From positions 99,438-163,437 of the forward strand of contig NMRA01000595.1 in NCBI GenBank assembly GCA_002633005.1: a DNA stretch of 64,000 bases, read 5' to 3'. Below, in pieces: positions 1 through 15,400 of the stretch (within the stretch, counting starts at the first letter, position 1; every line of letters starts with the position of its first letter). Below the pieces are notes generated by a model, which saw only the letters and a program-made list of their open reading frames with translations, searched no databases and was not told the origin of the DNA. The stretch is from Phoronis australis. Taxonomy: Eukaryota; Animalia; Phoronida. Both the position numbers and the translations under genes were made by a program.

Positions 1-125
1 CTGCCTTAACTACTTCATGGTAGTCTGCCTTAACTACTTCATGGTAGCCTGCCTTAACTACTTCATGGTAGTCTGCCTTAACTACTTCATGGTAGCCTGC
101 CTTAACTACTTCATGGTAGCCTGCC
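1..125. repeat. Minisatellite, 24-bp unit (gcctgccttaactacttcatggta), ~5 copies, runs off window start
   Basis: Directly visible tandem copies. Confidence 0.95.
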
Positions 126-3100
126 CTTATCTGCCAGCTGGCTCTTGCATTGTTCTGTCTATAAGTCTATAAGTCACCATGATTGTGGTAAATACAAAGT
201 GTTACCACTCAACAATCTTCAATGTCCAGCAAGACGAAATTTTGCATTTTGGTTTAAAAACTGATGTATGATGTTTTTTTTACATTTTTCACAAATATTT
301 TTAGCTGTGAATGCGTATTGGAAATCTCATGTTATGTTTCTGTCATTTGCACGTGTTATGCACAAACATTCCCATTCTCATCTCAAGCTTTAAATGTGTT
401 GAAAATTTGAAACTGTGTTGAGTAATATATATGAGCAGTATTCTTATATTGAAATATAGTTTTTTACTTTATGTGTACTAGTATTTTGTAAACATTGTCT
501 TTATGAATATCAGATGCATTCCACTAAATGTACTTAAAATCCATTTATGAACTGCTGTTATCTGGGATGCATTTTTATCAGCTGTGCCCATGAAGACATT
601 CTGCTGTGTCTCGCCATTTGAAGATGCATAGTGTTTACTGAAACCTTTAGGTGGAATTGAAATCTTCGGGGTTGTAATGTGTTAGTGAGGGATTGTGGGA
701 GCATCTTTTTATGTGGGAAACCGTGTTGTACTCAATTCAAACTGTATGTCAGAATGTGCCACTTGAAACAATGTTGAGTATTCCCTGGGTCTTTACATCC
801 ATTATACTTTGATTTGTGATCTCTGTATTTTGAATTCATATTCGTATTTTCATTGTGAACAACGATTTTGTGAATTGTCACTTGATACACTCTTAACAGT
901 GATTAGTCGTGTTTTGATATGGTCCTGTCACTGGATAAGGCGGCATTCTGTCGACTTCAATTTTTAAAAAAATGTTAAGAACAAAATTTGTTTGTTCAAT
1001 TTGTTATTAGCTTTAAACACCAAGGCAACTAGTTTATAGAGAACTGATGAAGATTGTGCTTAAACTGTTTTTTTAATTAAAAATAATGTTATTTATTTAC
1101 TTTAGTGCACGGAGCAGTTGGTGATAGTTATTCGCCAGTCCACAACGAAGTTATTTTCTTTATAATGACTGCATACTGTTATATTCATCAGTTTAGGGCA
1201 ATGTTGTGTGGAAATGGAATTTTATTTTCTCAGTAGGCAGAACCAATTTAGGAAAAAATTCACTTCATTGTCAACGTGGCCTTCACAGTACAGCTGTGAC
1301 CAAATTTTTGTGTATGATAAAATCTCGCTAGTTTAGTCGCACAATATTGCAGGCAGGTGAAATTTTGTTTTCTCATTTTTTCGTAAAAGACATAATGCAG
1401 AAGCGTAATGCTTTATGGTGTTCCAAGTTTCGAATGACAGCTACCAGCAGGCAATGTTTTGGAAAATTTAACAGCACTGGCTTGAAAATTAATAAATGGC
1501 AATATTTTTTTGTCCAATATTGGTGAGAATTTACAAGATTTTTGACAATTTTGTGATACTTTAACGTTGAATTTGCAAACATTTTTGAAGCTTCTTGTAT
1601 CATGTCATGATGACTCTATTTGTTGGTCATTCTCGTGTCACCTTCCACATATTCCGAATTCTTTGGTGACTGCAAGTCCACACTCTCGCTCAACCAACTT
1701 GGAACACTTACAAGCATTTGAAAGCCATCAACTTCTGGAGTTAGTTTGTTTTAAACTGGAGAATTTTTAGTTTGGTTATTGCTGCAAAAAGTAGATTTTG
1801 GAAGTTTTGTTATGTTACATGATGTTGCATACATTCCAGTGTGCAGGTTGGTTTATACTGGGATATTTTCTGGAAGTGATTGGTTTTAAATATTTAATTG
1901 CGTTTGTCATTTTATATAATGTCTAGTCCATCCACTGAGTGATAATATATGATTTATATTTCATACCAATTGAATTATCTTAAACATTGAATTGTTAGTT
2001 ATCATACTGCTGTTAACTAACATGATGTAGACGCCCAGTGACTTCAGTTCTGGGGTCTTGAAAACAGTGTCTATGAAACCTGCAGTCTGACTTGTGACTG
2101 AGATTGCAAAATATTACTAAGCACTCAAGTCTGTGAGCTAAAACAAGTATTGTTTACTCCAAAATGTTACAGCTTGAAAAATGTGAGAAAGACATCTGAG
2201 TGTTAGAAAAATACCTCTGTTTATTGTAAAAAGGTATCTTTTCTCATGATTTTATGCTGGTTTGAGAAGACACACAGAATATTTAGTTGAATTCCAGAAA
2301 CATTAGATTGAGACTGATGAACTTTTGAAATTGAAACTCTTAAATGCAAAGGAGAAGATAAAAACACATTAAAAATAAACAACATTTATTGACAATAAAT
2401 AGACTCTAATGACATCACGTAAATATATTATCAGTAAACTGGGAAAATACTGACAATGAAAAAATCAGCAGGTGAATGTTGAGCGTTAAATTGTAAAACT
2501 GAAATTAAAAAAATCAGCGTTCTTGGCTCATTAAGAAAGTACACAATTGGTAAACTGAATACTTTAACTTAGCAAAACATTCTTTGGTTAAAAACAAAAC
2601 CCATCAAAGCATTTTTTCCGTTTGTCAATGTCGTGACAAATCTTAAGGCAAAATTTTACTGTATCTGGTCAAAATGTGCTGATTTTCGATGGTGGCTGGT
2701 CTTGATGGTTACAATCCAAGGGCGACATCCTTTGGAGCCGGTACTTAAAACTGAGCTCCCAAAATGCTTAAAATTGGTGCATACAGAGTAGCAGTCATCA
2801 TCTGGAATGTACTTTATAATCGGATCCCTTGACTACAATAGCATTAACAGGAAATTATTTCTGACGAAACCTACAGTAAAAATTAGAACCGTGACCTAAG
2901 CCTAAACTCAGACTGACAATGACAAGGTACGACTCACGAGTTCAAGATCCTGCAAGTAGTTGAACATTTCAGGCTTCTCAAATCAGGCCATGTCCAAAAA
3001 ATAGTGGGATGGATTGCGTACAAGCCATCCTGAACTCAAACTTTGTGTCTTCTGCAAGCACAATGCATGAGAAGACACTGTCATGCGTGGTGTCAGTAGA

Positions 3101-3435
3101 CTTCCAACTGCATCACACTGGTCTACAAAATGGGATTGTCCAAATGCACTTTGCTATTTGTGCCACCGACCAACTGTAAATTAGGCTGATCAGAGAACCA
3201 CAACATGCTTACAAAAGTAGTTGCATACAATAATGGCCAATTTTAAAAATTCAAAAAAGGACCAATCACAGACCACTTCAGTCATATTTGCATAATACAA
3301 TACAGAAGTAAACTGCTACACGTTTAAAAAAATACCATTATCCATGACCAAAAAAGTCTCTGACAAGCACAACTATATCATTTCATATACACAGGACGAG
3401 TGGTTACACATTGGATGGTAAACAAACATAAATGT

Positions 3436-6400
3436 TTATTTCCGTTTTTTAGCGCTGGCTTTCCCGCCTTTTTTCTTTCCCTTCTGTTGTTCCGGCTCCT
3501 GCGCCTTTGGGTCCTGCTCCTCAGCACCAGGGGCTGCCACCTTATCCGGTTGCGGTGACTTTGGTCGCATCGCGTCGAACGGGTCTTTTCTATCCTCATT
3601 CGCTAGGGTGCGCTCGAGTGAGCGGACCTTCTCAAGTGCCTCCCTAAGCTGAGTGTCGAGTTGGGCCGCTTTGTCCTCCGCTAGATTTGCCCTTTCTTCA
3701 GCATCACTGGAAGTGTAAGTGTAGACACTCGGTGATAACAGTTCAGTCAATAAAGAAAAAGAATTAAGAATTGAAAAAGAGTTATAACTTACAGCCACTC
3801 AATACAGGAGTCTCACATTTTGAGAACCAGTTTTCTACACTGAATAATGGACAATCAAACTGGTTCTCAAAATCTGGCATCCCTGTAAGTGACAACTGCC
3901 AGAGAATCTTTTATCAATCTGTTCTGTTTGCACAGAAAATTTCAAAGCAGAATGTTTAAACGTTATTATAGTCATTTGCATTAATTAGTCAAAGAAAGTG
4001 ACTGCAGAACCAAAGTGTGGGCATTGTGCTGAGGCTCCTTTAAGGTTTAATAAAAGACTGCTCTGCAAATGCTGAATATTTCAAAGCTTAGCATGAAAAT
4101 TTACTGTTTCTGTTCACTGGATGAAGAGCACAACTTGTGTGGCAAAAATGAGCAAAACACAATTTTCAAAATCAAACGGACAACATTGAAATTTGACAAA
4201 GTTTTGGCACACAAAAACGTTATCAAACACCTGTTTCAAAAACTTCAACAAGTGTTAATTCATGCACTTAGTCAAAATCACGGCAACTTAATGACTGCAA
4301 GTCCAATACATATTATATTATACACTCCGAAAAAAGAAAATTGCTACAAAAAAATTCGACCTAGCTGCCAAATAATTCTGGCAACATATTTATTCGAGTT
4401 TGTAAGAGTCTGCCAGAGTTCTGTCGAAGTCTGATTTGTTTATTTGCAGAACCACGTTGTATAAAGTCCCACTTGCAGTTTAAAAAGGAAACCAATAAAC
4501 ACCCTTGAAACTTGATCATTTTGACGTAATTTTTGGCTCCTTTAAGGGACCAAAAATCATAAATCTACTTTTATGTTTAGGCAAGTACCACATACACAAG
4601 CAAAGACTTCCATGTTTTGCACTTTTTAAACATTTTGTTTTTGATTACTACAAAGTAGAAAAGGTTATGTACTATAACCAGTGCAGGTATCTCGACTTCG
4701 AGGAACGATGGGCCCCTCTAGCACCTTTATTTTAATTTATACTACATACAACCAATGGCCCCCCTGTGTATGAATGTGAGCGTGACTGTGCGCGCGAATG
4801 TTTATACTGTTTGGCTTTATTATATTTGCATTACGATAACAATAAAACTTTTTGACAAAAAAAAAATAAAAAATAAAATGAAAAATAAACACCCTTCATC
4901 TCCATTGTTGCAAGACAACAAAGAAAATGTAAAGTGTGTCACGACATGAACATGAACATAGCTGACAATGTAAAGTGTGTCACGCCATGAACATGAACAT
5001 AGCTGACAATGTAAAGTGTGTCACGCCATGAACATGAACATAGCTGACAATGTAAAGTGTGTCACATGAACATGAACATAGCTGACAATGTAAAGTGTGT
5101 CACGACATGAACATGAACACAGCTGACAATGTAATGACGTGTAACTTACAGTAACTGAATCTGCAGATCGTTGACAGACGCCAATGCCTCAAAGGCTCTC
5201 TTGGTATTGGGCGTCTCTGCGCGCCCCTCCCCAAGGGCCATAGGTGGTGGGGACACAGGCTTAGTGGTTATGTCCTGAAAACCCCAAAAAGAAGACGGAT
5301 AAGACTACCATGTTTATTTTTGATGAACTTGTTAGAATGATTTGATTTCAGCCTAATGCATAAATTAAAATGTTAACTTAATGTAGTCAACATTGGATAG
5401 TAAGTAGTATGCACGATGTTCCAAAGGTAACAATTGAGCTGCAGAACTAATGGTGTTAATCCAACTAACCCTGGACATGGCCAAAATAATAGAATAGGGT
5501 TTTTAGAACTGAAGCCACAATGAATTTTTGTTATTTGTGCATTTATGCCCAAAGCAGTCACTGAAGCGACGGTGAATCTCCTTTCAATCAGATTCCGTGG
5601 TCCAGTCACGCAACAGACTGAACTACCCGCATTCATGCATCTTTAGAAAAAAATTCCTAAAAATGACGATTTTAAGTGGCTTCAAGATGAGTGAACCACT
5701 GTTCTTTGCATCAACAAAGACCTGCATGGATTGGAATCTACGGCACGAAGAGGCTGACTTCCATTTCATGAACACTTCATCTAATCCTGAATACTCACCG
5801 AGGGAATTACTTCCTTTAGTTGTTTTATATGCGTGTTGCTGTCAAAGCCAATGACTTCAAACTTGCGCTGCGTCTAAAACAGGATCAAAAGATAAATTAA
5901 TTAAATTACACAAAATCAACTTGGTTGTTGCTGGCTCACCGCTCATTGTAAAATGTCCGGATATTTTGAAACACAAATCGAGAACTTGCATTAATCGTGT
6001 ATTAGAAATTAAACTGGGCATTAAAACTACTCACACAATCTGTCATGTGGTCAACCAAACTAATTACAATTTGTGCAAGAATGTCTGCCAGCCCCATATG
6101 TAATGTAAAAACTAAAACCTAATGAGTATCTGGCAGAAAAACGCATTAAGGTTTAAGAAACTTCATCGCAAAATGACAAAGCTTACTGTACAATGACCTA
6201 ACTAGGTATTACCATGGGAAATCAATAGAACTGGTAACAGATGGTAAACACATCACAGTCCGTAAGAGCTCAAAGCATGCAGCGTCCACTAGATTTCAAA
6301 CCAGATGACAAAACCTCATTCAAAAACCTTCAAGATCGCCCGTGAATCAGTATCTTTTGAAAAGAGATATCATACTACTTCATAATGCCACACAAAACTC

Positions 6401-9400
6401 ATTCCAAACTGAAGCAAAATCACCCTAAGCAACTGAACGTCACTTACCATTTCAGTGTAGGTAAATTGGAATAAACCCTAGACAAAGCACAGAAAGTGTT
6501 CAATGTACCAATGAAAAGCTCAATTTTATATCGCAAACATTATTTGGCAACACCACTCTTAGGACAAGAAAATCAATAAGCGGATTAGAAATCAGCACAT
6601 TCAAATAGAGAAACAATACGGGCAGGCTTTGAAAGAAATTGTGGGGCTCATTATCTTATCCACTCAAGCAATCTAATTCAGTCAAACACTTTAGTCAGTG
6701 ATTAATTTTACTAAACAGGTAGCATTATAGAGAACTATTTGAATGTATTATAAGAATGGACCTCTACCTCACAAACATGTGGTTGTCTTTTGTCGTAAGT
6801 TGATTTAAAAGGTCATTTGTTTCAATCACTGACAGGAATAAGTACAAGTTCTCAGAGGCTGCCCACCACAGTGATTTTAGTGGCATTTCTAAATTCCACA
6901 ACCGGACGCAAAGTAAATCATGAGTGTTAGTCCAAAACCCGTGCCATGTTAATAAGACTTGAAGGTAGACTGTAGAGTTTCAGGTGCGTTATCGTGAAGA
7001 AAAAATGGTTAAAAAAGCTGTATATATGCAGCAGAAATAGAATAAGACCTACAGGCTCAGGTTCAGTTTCAGCAAGCTCTGGTTCAACATCGTCCAATTT
7101 CTCTTCTTGCTGTTCACCAGCATCTGTCTGCTTCGATTGGTCGTCTGCTGCTGCTGCCATTTGCTCATCACCAGTGGCGACTTCTGGTGGCTGGGCTTCA
7201 TCAGCACTGTCTGGTACCTGCTGAGAGGTCTCTGCGGGTGTTTCCTCCTGGGTAATGTTATCGGCAGCAGGGGGCTGAACGGATTCTACTGGCTCCTTTA
7301 AAAAACAAAAAGCTAATGAATAATTCAACACACAGCCAGTGGACTTTTTGGCGTTCTCATTGTGAATGGAGGGCATTGATCTTTAGACTCCTGGGAGCTC
7401 TGTGAACATTTTTTACGAGCTAACAAAATTCAGAACAAAAAAATTTTTTTTTCAGACTAATGTAATTTGCATATATCTTTAGTTATAAATAATATAAGGT
7501 GAACTTCATGCTGCTAAAATAATTACGTTATTTTTCAAATACAAATGTTGCAGAAGCTTGAAAAAGTTGGCTTTGGCCAGCAAAATGTACCTTGCAAATT
7601 TAAAGTATGTCCAGTAAATAAAATTTTTTCTACACAAAGAACATACTTTGCATTTCATTAATTGTAACATTGTTAAATGTCATATGCCTGGGAAATGACT
7701 AGTATTAGCCACACTGCTGGTGCACTATGTATGCTCCAACAAATTATTCGAAACAGTCTACTAACTGAATCTTTTAAATTTATTTGACGTGTACCTGTTC
7801 AGGTATTGGCTCCGGTACAGATGGCGCCGCTGTAGCATCCGTCGGCTTTTGCAGCTTCTCCTTGTCATGATACAACATGGCCGACTGCTGGGTGGTGGGT
7901 CGACTGTCCCACTCAGTGCCCTCCTTGGGAGGCTTGCCCAAGCCCAACGGGGACTCTCCAGTCAGCTCACAGATCAGTAACTTAGATGTGAACACCCACT
8001 CATCACACTCCACCTAGTGAGAGAAATAGGAACAACAAATTAACATAATTTATGTCAAAGACAAAATTTAATGTTACTACTGTGTGTTGAGACCCAGTGA
8101 CAAGTAACAAATGTCTGAACACAATTAAGTTCATTATAACACTTGAAATATGAAAGACAACCTCATTCTTAGATACAATCTGTTTTGAGTGTACTACTGT
8201 ATGCAACAACAAAGATTTAAATGTGAAAAGAGGTTTTAAATAACAGTACACATCAATTTTCCTTTAAAATTACTGAATCTTTGTTTTGCCATTGTTCACA
8301 ATTTTTTTCAATGAATAACAGTCTCAATTTAAACAACAAAATTATCCTTTATCAAGCTTGGGAGACTTAAAACCCGGCATTTCGGGGGGATACCAATCAA
8401 ATTTTCCACGATTATTGTCACAGAACACACGGATAAAAAACCCTTGACTTGAGATGTATATCATACAAAAATTGGAATGTCTAATTTGAATATAAGTCTT
8501 CTCATTTGCCAAACTCCAGCAACTTAACAGAAAAAGAGTACAAAAATCTTTCAGTCGACAGCAAAGTGTCTTAATGAAAAGATGTCAATATCTTAACATG
8601 TTCTCATGCTCAAGTGAAATAGCTGAACTTTCACCCAAGGTGCAAGACCAGCTCCTAACCGACTGACCTTTAACCTCTTAAGATCTCTATATTCTAGATC
8701 GGCATCTTCATCCATGTTGTCCATCTTTTTCTGCATCCTGTCGTTGACAATGCCGCCACAACAACTAGAGGACACACAGACAGATAACATATTCTAAGTC
8801 AACTAATTGCTAAATGTAGGTATTACTTGAAAGCAACCGGGGCCTGTACATAGTAAAGGTGGCTTTTGCAGTTTAATTGTTTTCATTCTTAAAACCGACG
8901 TTCTGTCTGGCCTCAATTGTTCCTTAACTGCTGAGACGTGAAGTGATTTCTGATTACTGAAAGACCTGACAGTTGGTAAATCCTTGAGACCATGTTCTAT
9001 ACACAAAGTGACAAGCCAACTTATAGAGCCTGGTTTCAAGCAACAACGTAATACTAACAGTAAGCCCTACTGAAACATTGGCTTACTTGGCCAGAACAAA
9101 GTGTCAAACACAGAAACTGGGCACGGTGCAAAATTTGTAAAGTCATGACTTATTGTTTAACCAAATAATAGCTGGGAGTGATAAAGGGAATCATGGTCCC
9201 CCATTTCATGACCAGCAAACTGTTATGTCTAATTGAACCTCTAAGAAGGCAAGGCATGGTTCTGTCGCGTGCTATCAATCAGAGAGGAAACATTACGTTT
9301 AACTTTAGTAACATGAACTGTACAACAGTTCCACACAGCATGCCTCATTTGACCATTTATTACATACAAGGGCAAAAAATAGCACCTGTCAAACAGAGGT

Positions 9401-12400
9401 TTTTGTACATGAAAATTGCTAGTTAAAACTGTGATTCTAATGAAAGGTAAATACTTTAATCAAGATGCACTTACGCAACAACAAACGTAGAGAACTTCTC
9501 GATCTCCATCGAAAGTGACTTGGCTTTCTCCTGGATCTGCGGCACGGTGGCGCTCCCTAGCAGTGCCGCCTCTCTCACTTCCAGTGAGTTAGTTTCCAGG
9601 TCAGGCGCCAGTCTTAGCAGGATTTGCACCATCCACTTCACCATCTCAGTGTGTAGACTCGTCACCTGCTCCACCAGCTTGCCGTCCTCGCTGTCGATCC
9701 CGTTGGTGGTCGCCGTCAGCCATTTCTGTGACATACGGAACACTTCGGCGATGTCCACTCTAAAAATACAAAAAGATCTCCACATGTCATTGTTCATACA
9801 TAGAAGTGCCATACAGACGTACACTGAAAGCCAGACATATCCCTTTAAATTGAAAGCGAAACACATACGACTGTCTTTATGAACATGCAATGCATCTGAT
9901 GGCCAAAATGTCGTTTTTTGTATCAATGTTATAGTTTAAAACTAACTATTATTAATAATACAGCTTTGAGATAATGAAAATCATGCGATACTGTCATAAC
10001 ACTTTGAAATACAGATGAGAAAGATCATTTTGCTTTGTGCTCAATGTGAGATTTTCATGTAGCAATCACGGAAAATGACAATAACAATTAACATCATTCC
10101 AATCAAAAATGCTTAAACAGGAAGTTGTTGTTTTCATAAAGCCAATCAGCCATGGGTGATGAAAACATTAATCTAAAACCTCAGCTCGCAGTTCCAAATT
10201 TCCCATTTCAAATGTGGCCTGCAGCTTGCCAATAATGACCTACTTCACCACTAACTAAGATATCCCTAGACAGACACCAAGTTGGCAACACGATACTCAG
10301 GTCTTGCATGTAGTCATCATAGCTTCAGTCAAAGCCCTTGTCACAGAAAATGTTACACAACACAGTGACTAGTGTACAGAGTGTATCAAATACTTTGCAA
10401 TGATTTAAATGTCAGTATTCTACTGAGGTAAAAAGAGGATCCCAGGCAATGGTGCATAAGCCATTATTCAACCTACTGTTGAATCTTTGTTTCAGATCTG
10501 TAGTATAAAGAGTTCAGGCAGTGCTATCACATCAGTAGTCACCTGGGCCCAGTTCCCAAACGATGGTGGCCATAAGAGTACACCGTATGAGCCATCCCGA
10601 TCCCAATGGTTATAGCTAGACCGTCCCCCAGATGAGATAGGTATGAAATGTTTGTTCTGCACTGCAAAACAAAGCCTGTTTGTGTCCCATGTGACCACCT
10701 ACTTTGCATGTGGAGTTTTCTTCTCACGTTCTTCTTCCTTCTGTGTGGTTCCAATCAGTGCCAGGGCAGCATCTACATTCATGGTCCAGTCATCCAGTAG
10801 CTAAAGACAGTCAAATAATTAGTAAATTAATACCTTAAGACTCATTCTACTACATCCAAACCAATGGTGAACTTATTTGCACCAATTTGAAATTCAAATG
10901 ACTGTTTTCTTGAGAATTTTGACTCATTGTGAAACATTTTCTGAATTCAAGGCTTAGGTGCCTAGGTGGATGGTGAATCAAGGAGCCACCTCAACTTCAT
11001 GCAAGGAACATAATTCGATCATCAATGTGCAGACTACTAGCTCCCTCTAGTAATGCACATTTATTCCTCTTTACAGATTGTCATTTTAATTTGCTTTCGG
11101 CCCAATTAAGTGACATCCTACAAATTCGAGCTTAAAATATTGAGCAGTTTTTATGATAAATGTTTTCATTCCAAGTCATTTCAATCAGTTCCAATACTAT
11201 TCAAGCACGTCGAGATATCGAGCATATCCAAAAGCAGCAGGATTAACAAATAAAGGAGCCCGTTCTTTCATATTTATTCGAGCATGTGCAGGGTGACTCA
11301 AGTTAAACTTTGTAAATACATTACCTCATAAAAGACCTGCCAATCCCTCTCAGCAATTGGTGTCCCCATGCTGGCCTGAGTCAACTTCATGTCCCATGCC
11401 TCAAACGAATTTGACAGCTGTATCAGGGCTCTAGCGACACCTAGAGGGATAACACAAAAACGCTGTCAACATAATTGCACCGAAGCTAGTTCAGTATTTT
11501 TGTTTTCCAAAATTACTCACTAAGGTGAGAAATACAGATTAATAATTAAAGCGCCATCTTGTGTTTCAACTGAAGGATTAAAGGAATTCTGAAAAAGCGT
11601 CCGAGCTAGCTCCATCCAAATGAAGCTTTTTGCTCACAATTATGTAAACTTTCGATAAGGCCTCATTCCATAATTTTCTTAATTTCAAAACTGTGAGAGT
11701 ACCAATTAAAACACTTATCATAACAAATTGTAAATACGTTACCAGAGCCTCCCTCTTACCGTTTTCCCCGAGAACAGCAACCTTTAACTGGGTCAACATC
11801 TCATCAGCCAAGTCGTGCATGTTAGTATTGATATCTTTGGCTACAGGTTGAAAATGAGAATAGAAAGCTGTGCCAGAATAATCCAAGGCCCAGGGCTCCA
11901 ACAGATGTCAGGACAATCAATGATATCGCAAAACTGATTGACAGTGCCAACTCTAGTGAAAGTTGTGTTAATGTTAAGCAATGGATATAACTAAGCTTTG
12001 TTTTTGACAATATGCCCAACATACAGATAACAAATGCTTTACTGACAAAATGTTTTACGATGTACATATTAAGAAGAAAATCATGCTTTATAGCAGTGGC
12101 GAGTCACAAAAATAATTTAATTCCTAGAAACTTCCGATTAAACTCCACCCATTCGGGCTTAAAGTCTCAACCTCTGATAAGACATATTTGTCAGTAAAGC
12201 AGGAAGAAAAAAAATCCAGTTTGCGATACCTTGCATTATATGACATTGTTGAAGGGTGGGCTGGCAATAGCACTCAGATGAGAGAGCAGTTCACACGATA
12301 TTTAATCACACAGTATCTCAAGGTTATAGTCTTATTTGGTGCAGCTCACTAACTTCAAATCAACTACAGTGTTCTAACACTCGAAAATGGTAGAAACATT

Positions 12401-15400
12401 AATTGAGAGGCAACTTTTATGATGAAAAACTTTCTAGTAACCGCAAAAAATATATAATTGTAAAATATTCAGTCATTTACAAAACGGCTCACAAAAAGAA
12501 ATTTGACTTTCAAGTTTGAGTAACATTCACAAAAACATAAAACATAAAATGAACACCAGAACCCAGGTGACAAAACACGCATTGGACTTTTTGTACAACG
12601 TAAAATACTAAAACAAAACAGTGAACAAAAAAGTTTGCAAACAATGCACTGCTGTATTTTTTCAATTCAAAGTTCTTTAATTCCACCAAGAATAAATTGG
12701 AACGTACGTACTTCAAAGTGTAATCCAAAATTTTAAGAAAATGTAGCATTTCCACATTCACAGTTTGGTAAAGGCTGTGTGAAACACAGGGAGATTTAAA
12801 AACGGCAAACATACTAACACACAAACACACAGTGCAGTGATCGTTCTGGGGAGAAGTATCAGAGTGGGGGGAGATGTGACTTACAGGGAAGATGTGACAT
12901 GACAGTTTTAATGACAGAAGTGTCAGTAATTTATACACAGTCAACTGAAATGTTCCTCAGGGAGTAAAAAGCAAGCTTCAAATGTTACCATACTGTATAC
13001 ACTTCAAACATTTATAGGTAAAATTTCATCAATTTTGTACATGCGTCGCAGCCAAAATTAACTGGTTTCATGTTTCAAATTACTTTTAATGCTTACAATT
13101 GTTCAAAATCTTATTAGATGGTAGCTAGGGTAAAAATAAAAACAAACAAGTTCCCGTCATCCCCATTGTGTCCTCAATAGGCAAGATTTTACCAGGAATA
13201 ATTGAAATTAAATATTGATGGTATTCAGATTGTTAGTTGTTTGCTGGCTTCTGTCACTAAAGTTGGGCGATTTTCCTTCAACGGCTCTAAAAACACTGCA
13301 AGAAACTCGGAAACGAAATCAAGTTAGACACGCAGTGGGGTAGACACTTGACGGAATCACAACACAGACTACAAAACAAGAAGCCACACAGTGCCACGGG
13401 ACAGACACACAACGGCCAACTAATACCCAGTTTCCAAGGGGTCAAGCAGACGTGTTCACAACTCACCATTCTCTCCGTCGTTCCTCACGTGTAACTGTTT
13501 CAACAGTTCATGTATACTAGTGTTCAATGTGTTCATCGTGCCCGTCTCACTGTATGTCTTCCCGCCCTCCTTGTGACGGCCGAACACTGTCAGCGCACAC
13601 TCCGTCCAGCCGTCCATCTCAACTTTGACCTTGCCAAGCATTTCCTCTCCGCTCAGCATGGAGTCGCCGCTGAACTTTTCAACTTCATTTTGCATCGACT
13701 GAAAGACCAGCCATTTGGACTTGAAAGCCATTTCAGCAAGGATGACATAAACAGGAACTTTGCAATACACAACATCCTAAAAATTCTCCAGATTAGGACA
13801 ATGAAAAGTTAAGAGGGCCGTCTCCGATTACACAGTGACACACAAATCTCATTACCCACAATGCCGTAAAAATACTTCAGGCACATTTGGCGCCTCGTTT
13901 TCGTGCCACTGGAGTTGTACAAAGTTATTTGTTATTGTCTGATTCTTTACCAGTTCTTCTTGGGATACTTGGCCTTCAAATGCCAATGAAGAATAACTGC
14001 TGTGCTGTGGGCTGCAACTGCGAGGGAGACAGTTTGATAAACTGGAAAAATACCTTTTGAAGCGTGATTTGAAATTGTTCACTTTCCTGACAACAATGAG
14101 AGACACTGCAAGTGCCTGATAATCCAGGATGAACCTCATTGTTTTGGTAAAGGTTAGACCTTGGGCAATATATCTGTCATCCTCAATTCGAGAATTATGC
14201 TTTAATGACAAACGATCATTCAACTTATAGAGATGCAGCCATTTTAACCAATTTGAAGTGCTGTGGCTATTTTCAGGCTATGTGGATGCAAAATGCAGTG
14301 TACAATGAACACAAAATGCAGTGTACAATGAACACAAAATGCAGTGTACAATTGCCCAAATCATAATCTTCAGAAGTTCACTTTTGGGTAGATGCCAGGT
14401 GTCCCAAATTTTTGAGACTGTCCAAATTGGAGATATTTACCTCAATATAGCTACAAAATATTTCATTTATCACAGATTAAGCTCCTAAAATGTGAATTCC
14501 GTGTAATTGTATGGCAGACTGCATACCTTGGTCCACTTTTGAAGGTCTGTGTGTATCTCTTTTATCCTTGAAGACTTTGGAAGTCGAACAAATTGACCAT
14601 CTTTATTCCTGGAAGTGGAAATTCAATAAGTAGAGTTCACTTGGCAGAAAATAAATTACAATGTAGAAACACAAATGAAAACATGCGTATAATAGTACAG
14701 AGAAACAGTGAAGTGATTTATTTCATTTAATTTGTGACAGCAATAATTGTGGTGGTGCGAATAGCAAAATTATTTTTCACAATAAATTTTTAACTAAGGA
14801 TGCATCGTATCAGCTGTCACCAGAGGGCGCTGGTGTAGAAAAATGTTTCCACGTGCAGTAAAGTTTGTTCCAACAGGGGGAGACATCAGAATACTGTGGC
14901 AAAGTATAATTACCATGGAAATTTTGCATCCAATAACTTTCATGTAAGAAATCAAATCAACAAATTAAATTTAAGTCAATTTGGCATCCTACAATAAGGT
15001 TTTTTCCTATTCTACAGTGCAAAACCTGTAATACTCAATGTAGCTTATTCTAGAAAACTGACACGAAAGACTATCAAGCTCTACCACCAAAGATAAAAAT
15101 CTGGCCACCTAAAACGGACAGGCTAATGGCAGTCACGCAGACTATAATATCAAAAAGGGATAAGCAGCCACACAAGATCTAAAAAACTGCATTTATGTGC
15201 AATACAACCCAAAACACACTCAGAAGACTCGCATTTTCTTCTCAAAAGCCACAAACATGATTTGAACACACAATGCATAACACAACAATGAATAATTAAT
15301 TTTGATTCAGAGCCAAATGCCATTTGGTGCAAAAACCATGATGTGGTCCACACTTTCATCCCATTTCATATCAGTTTAGGTTCATCGCGCACACGGACAC

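Noticed and set aside
13190-13285. Possible alternative terminal exon of AXDND1 after a ttttag acceptor
   Set aside because: Short peptide with no recognisable similarity and no clear polyA signal; unsupported.
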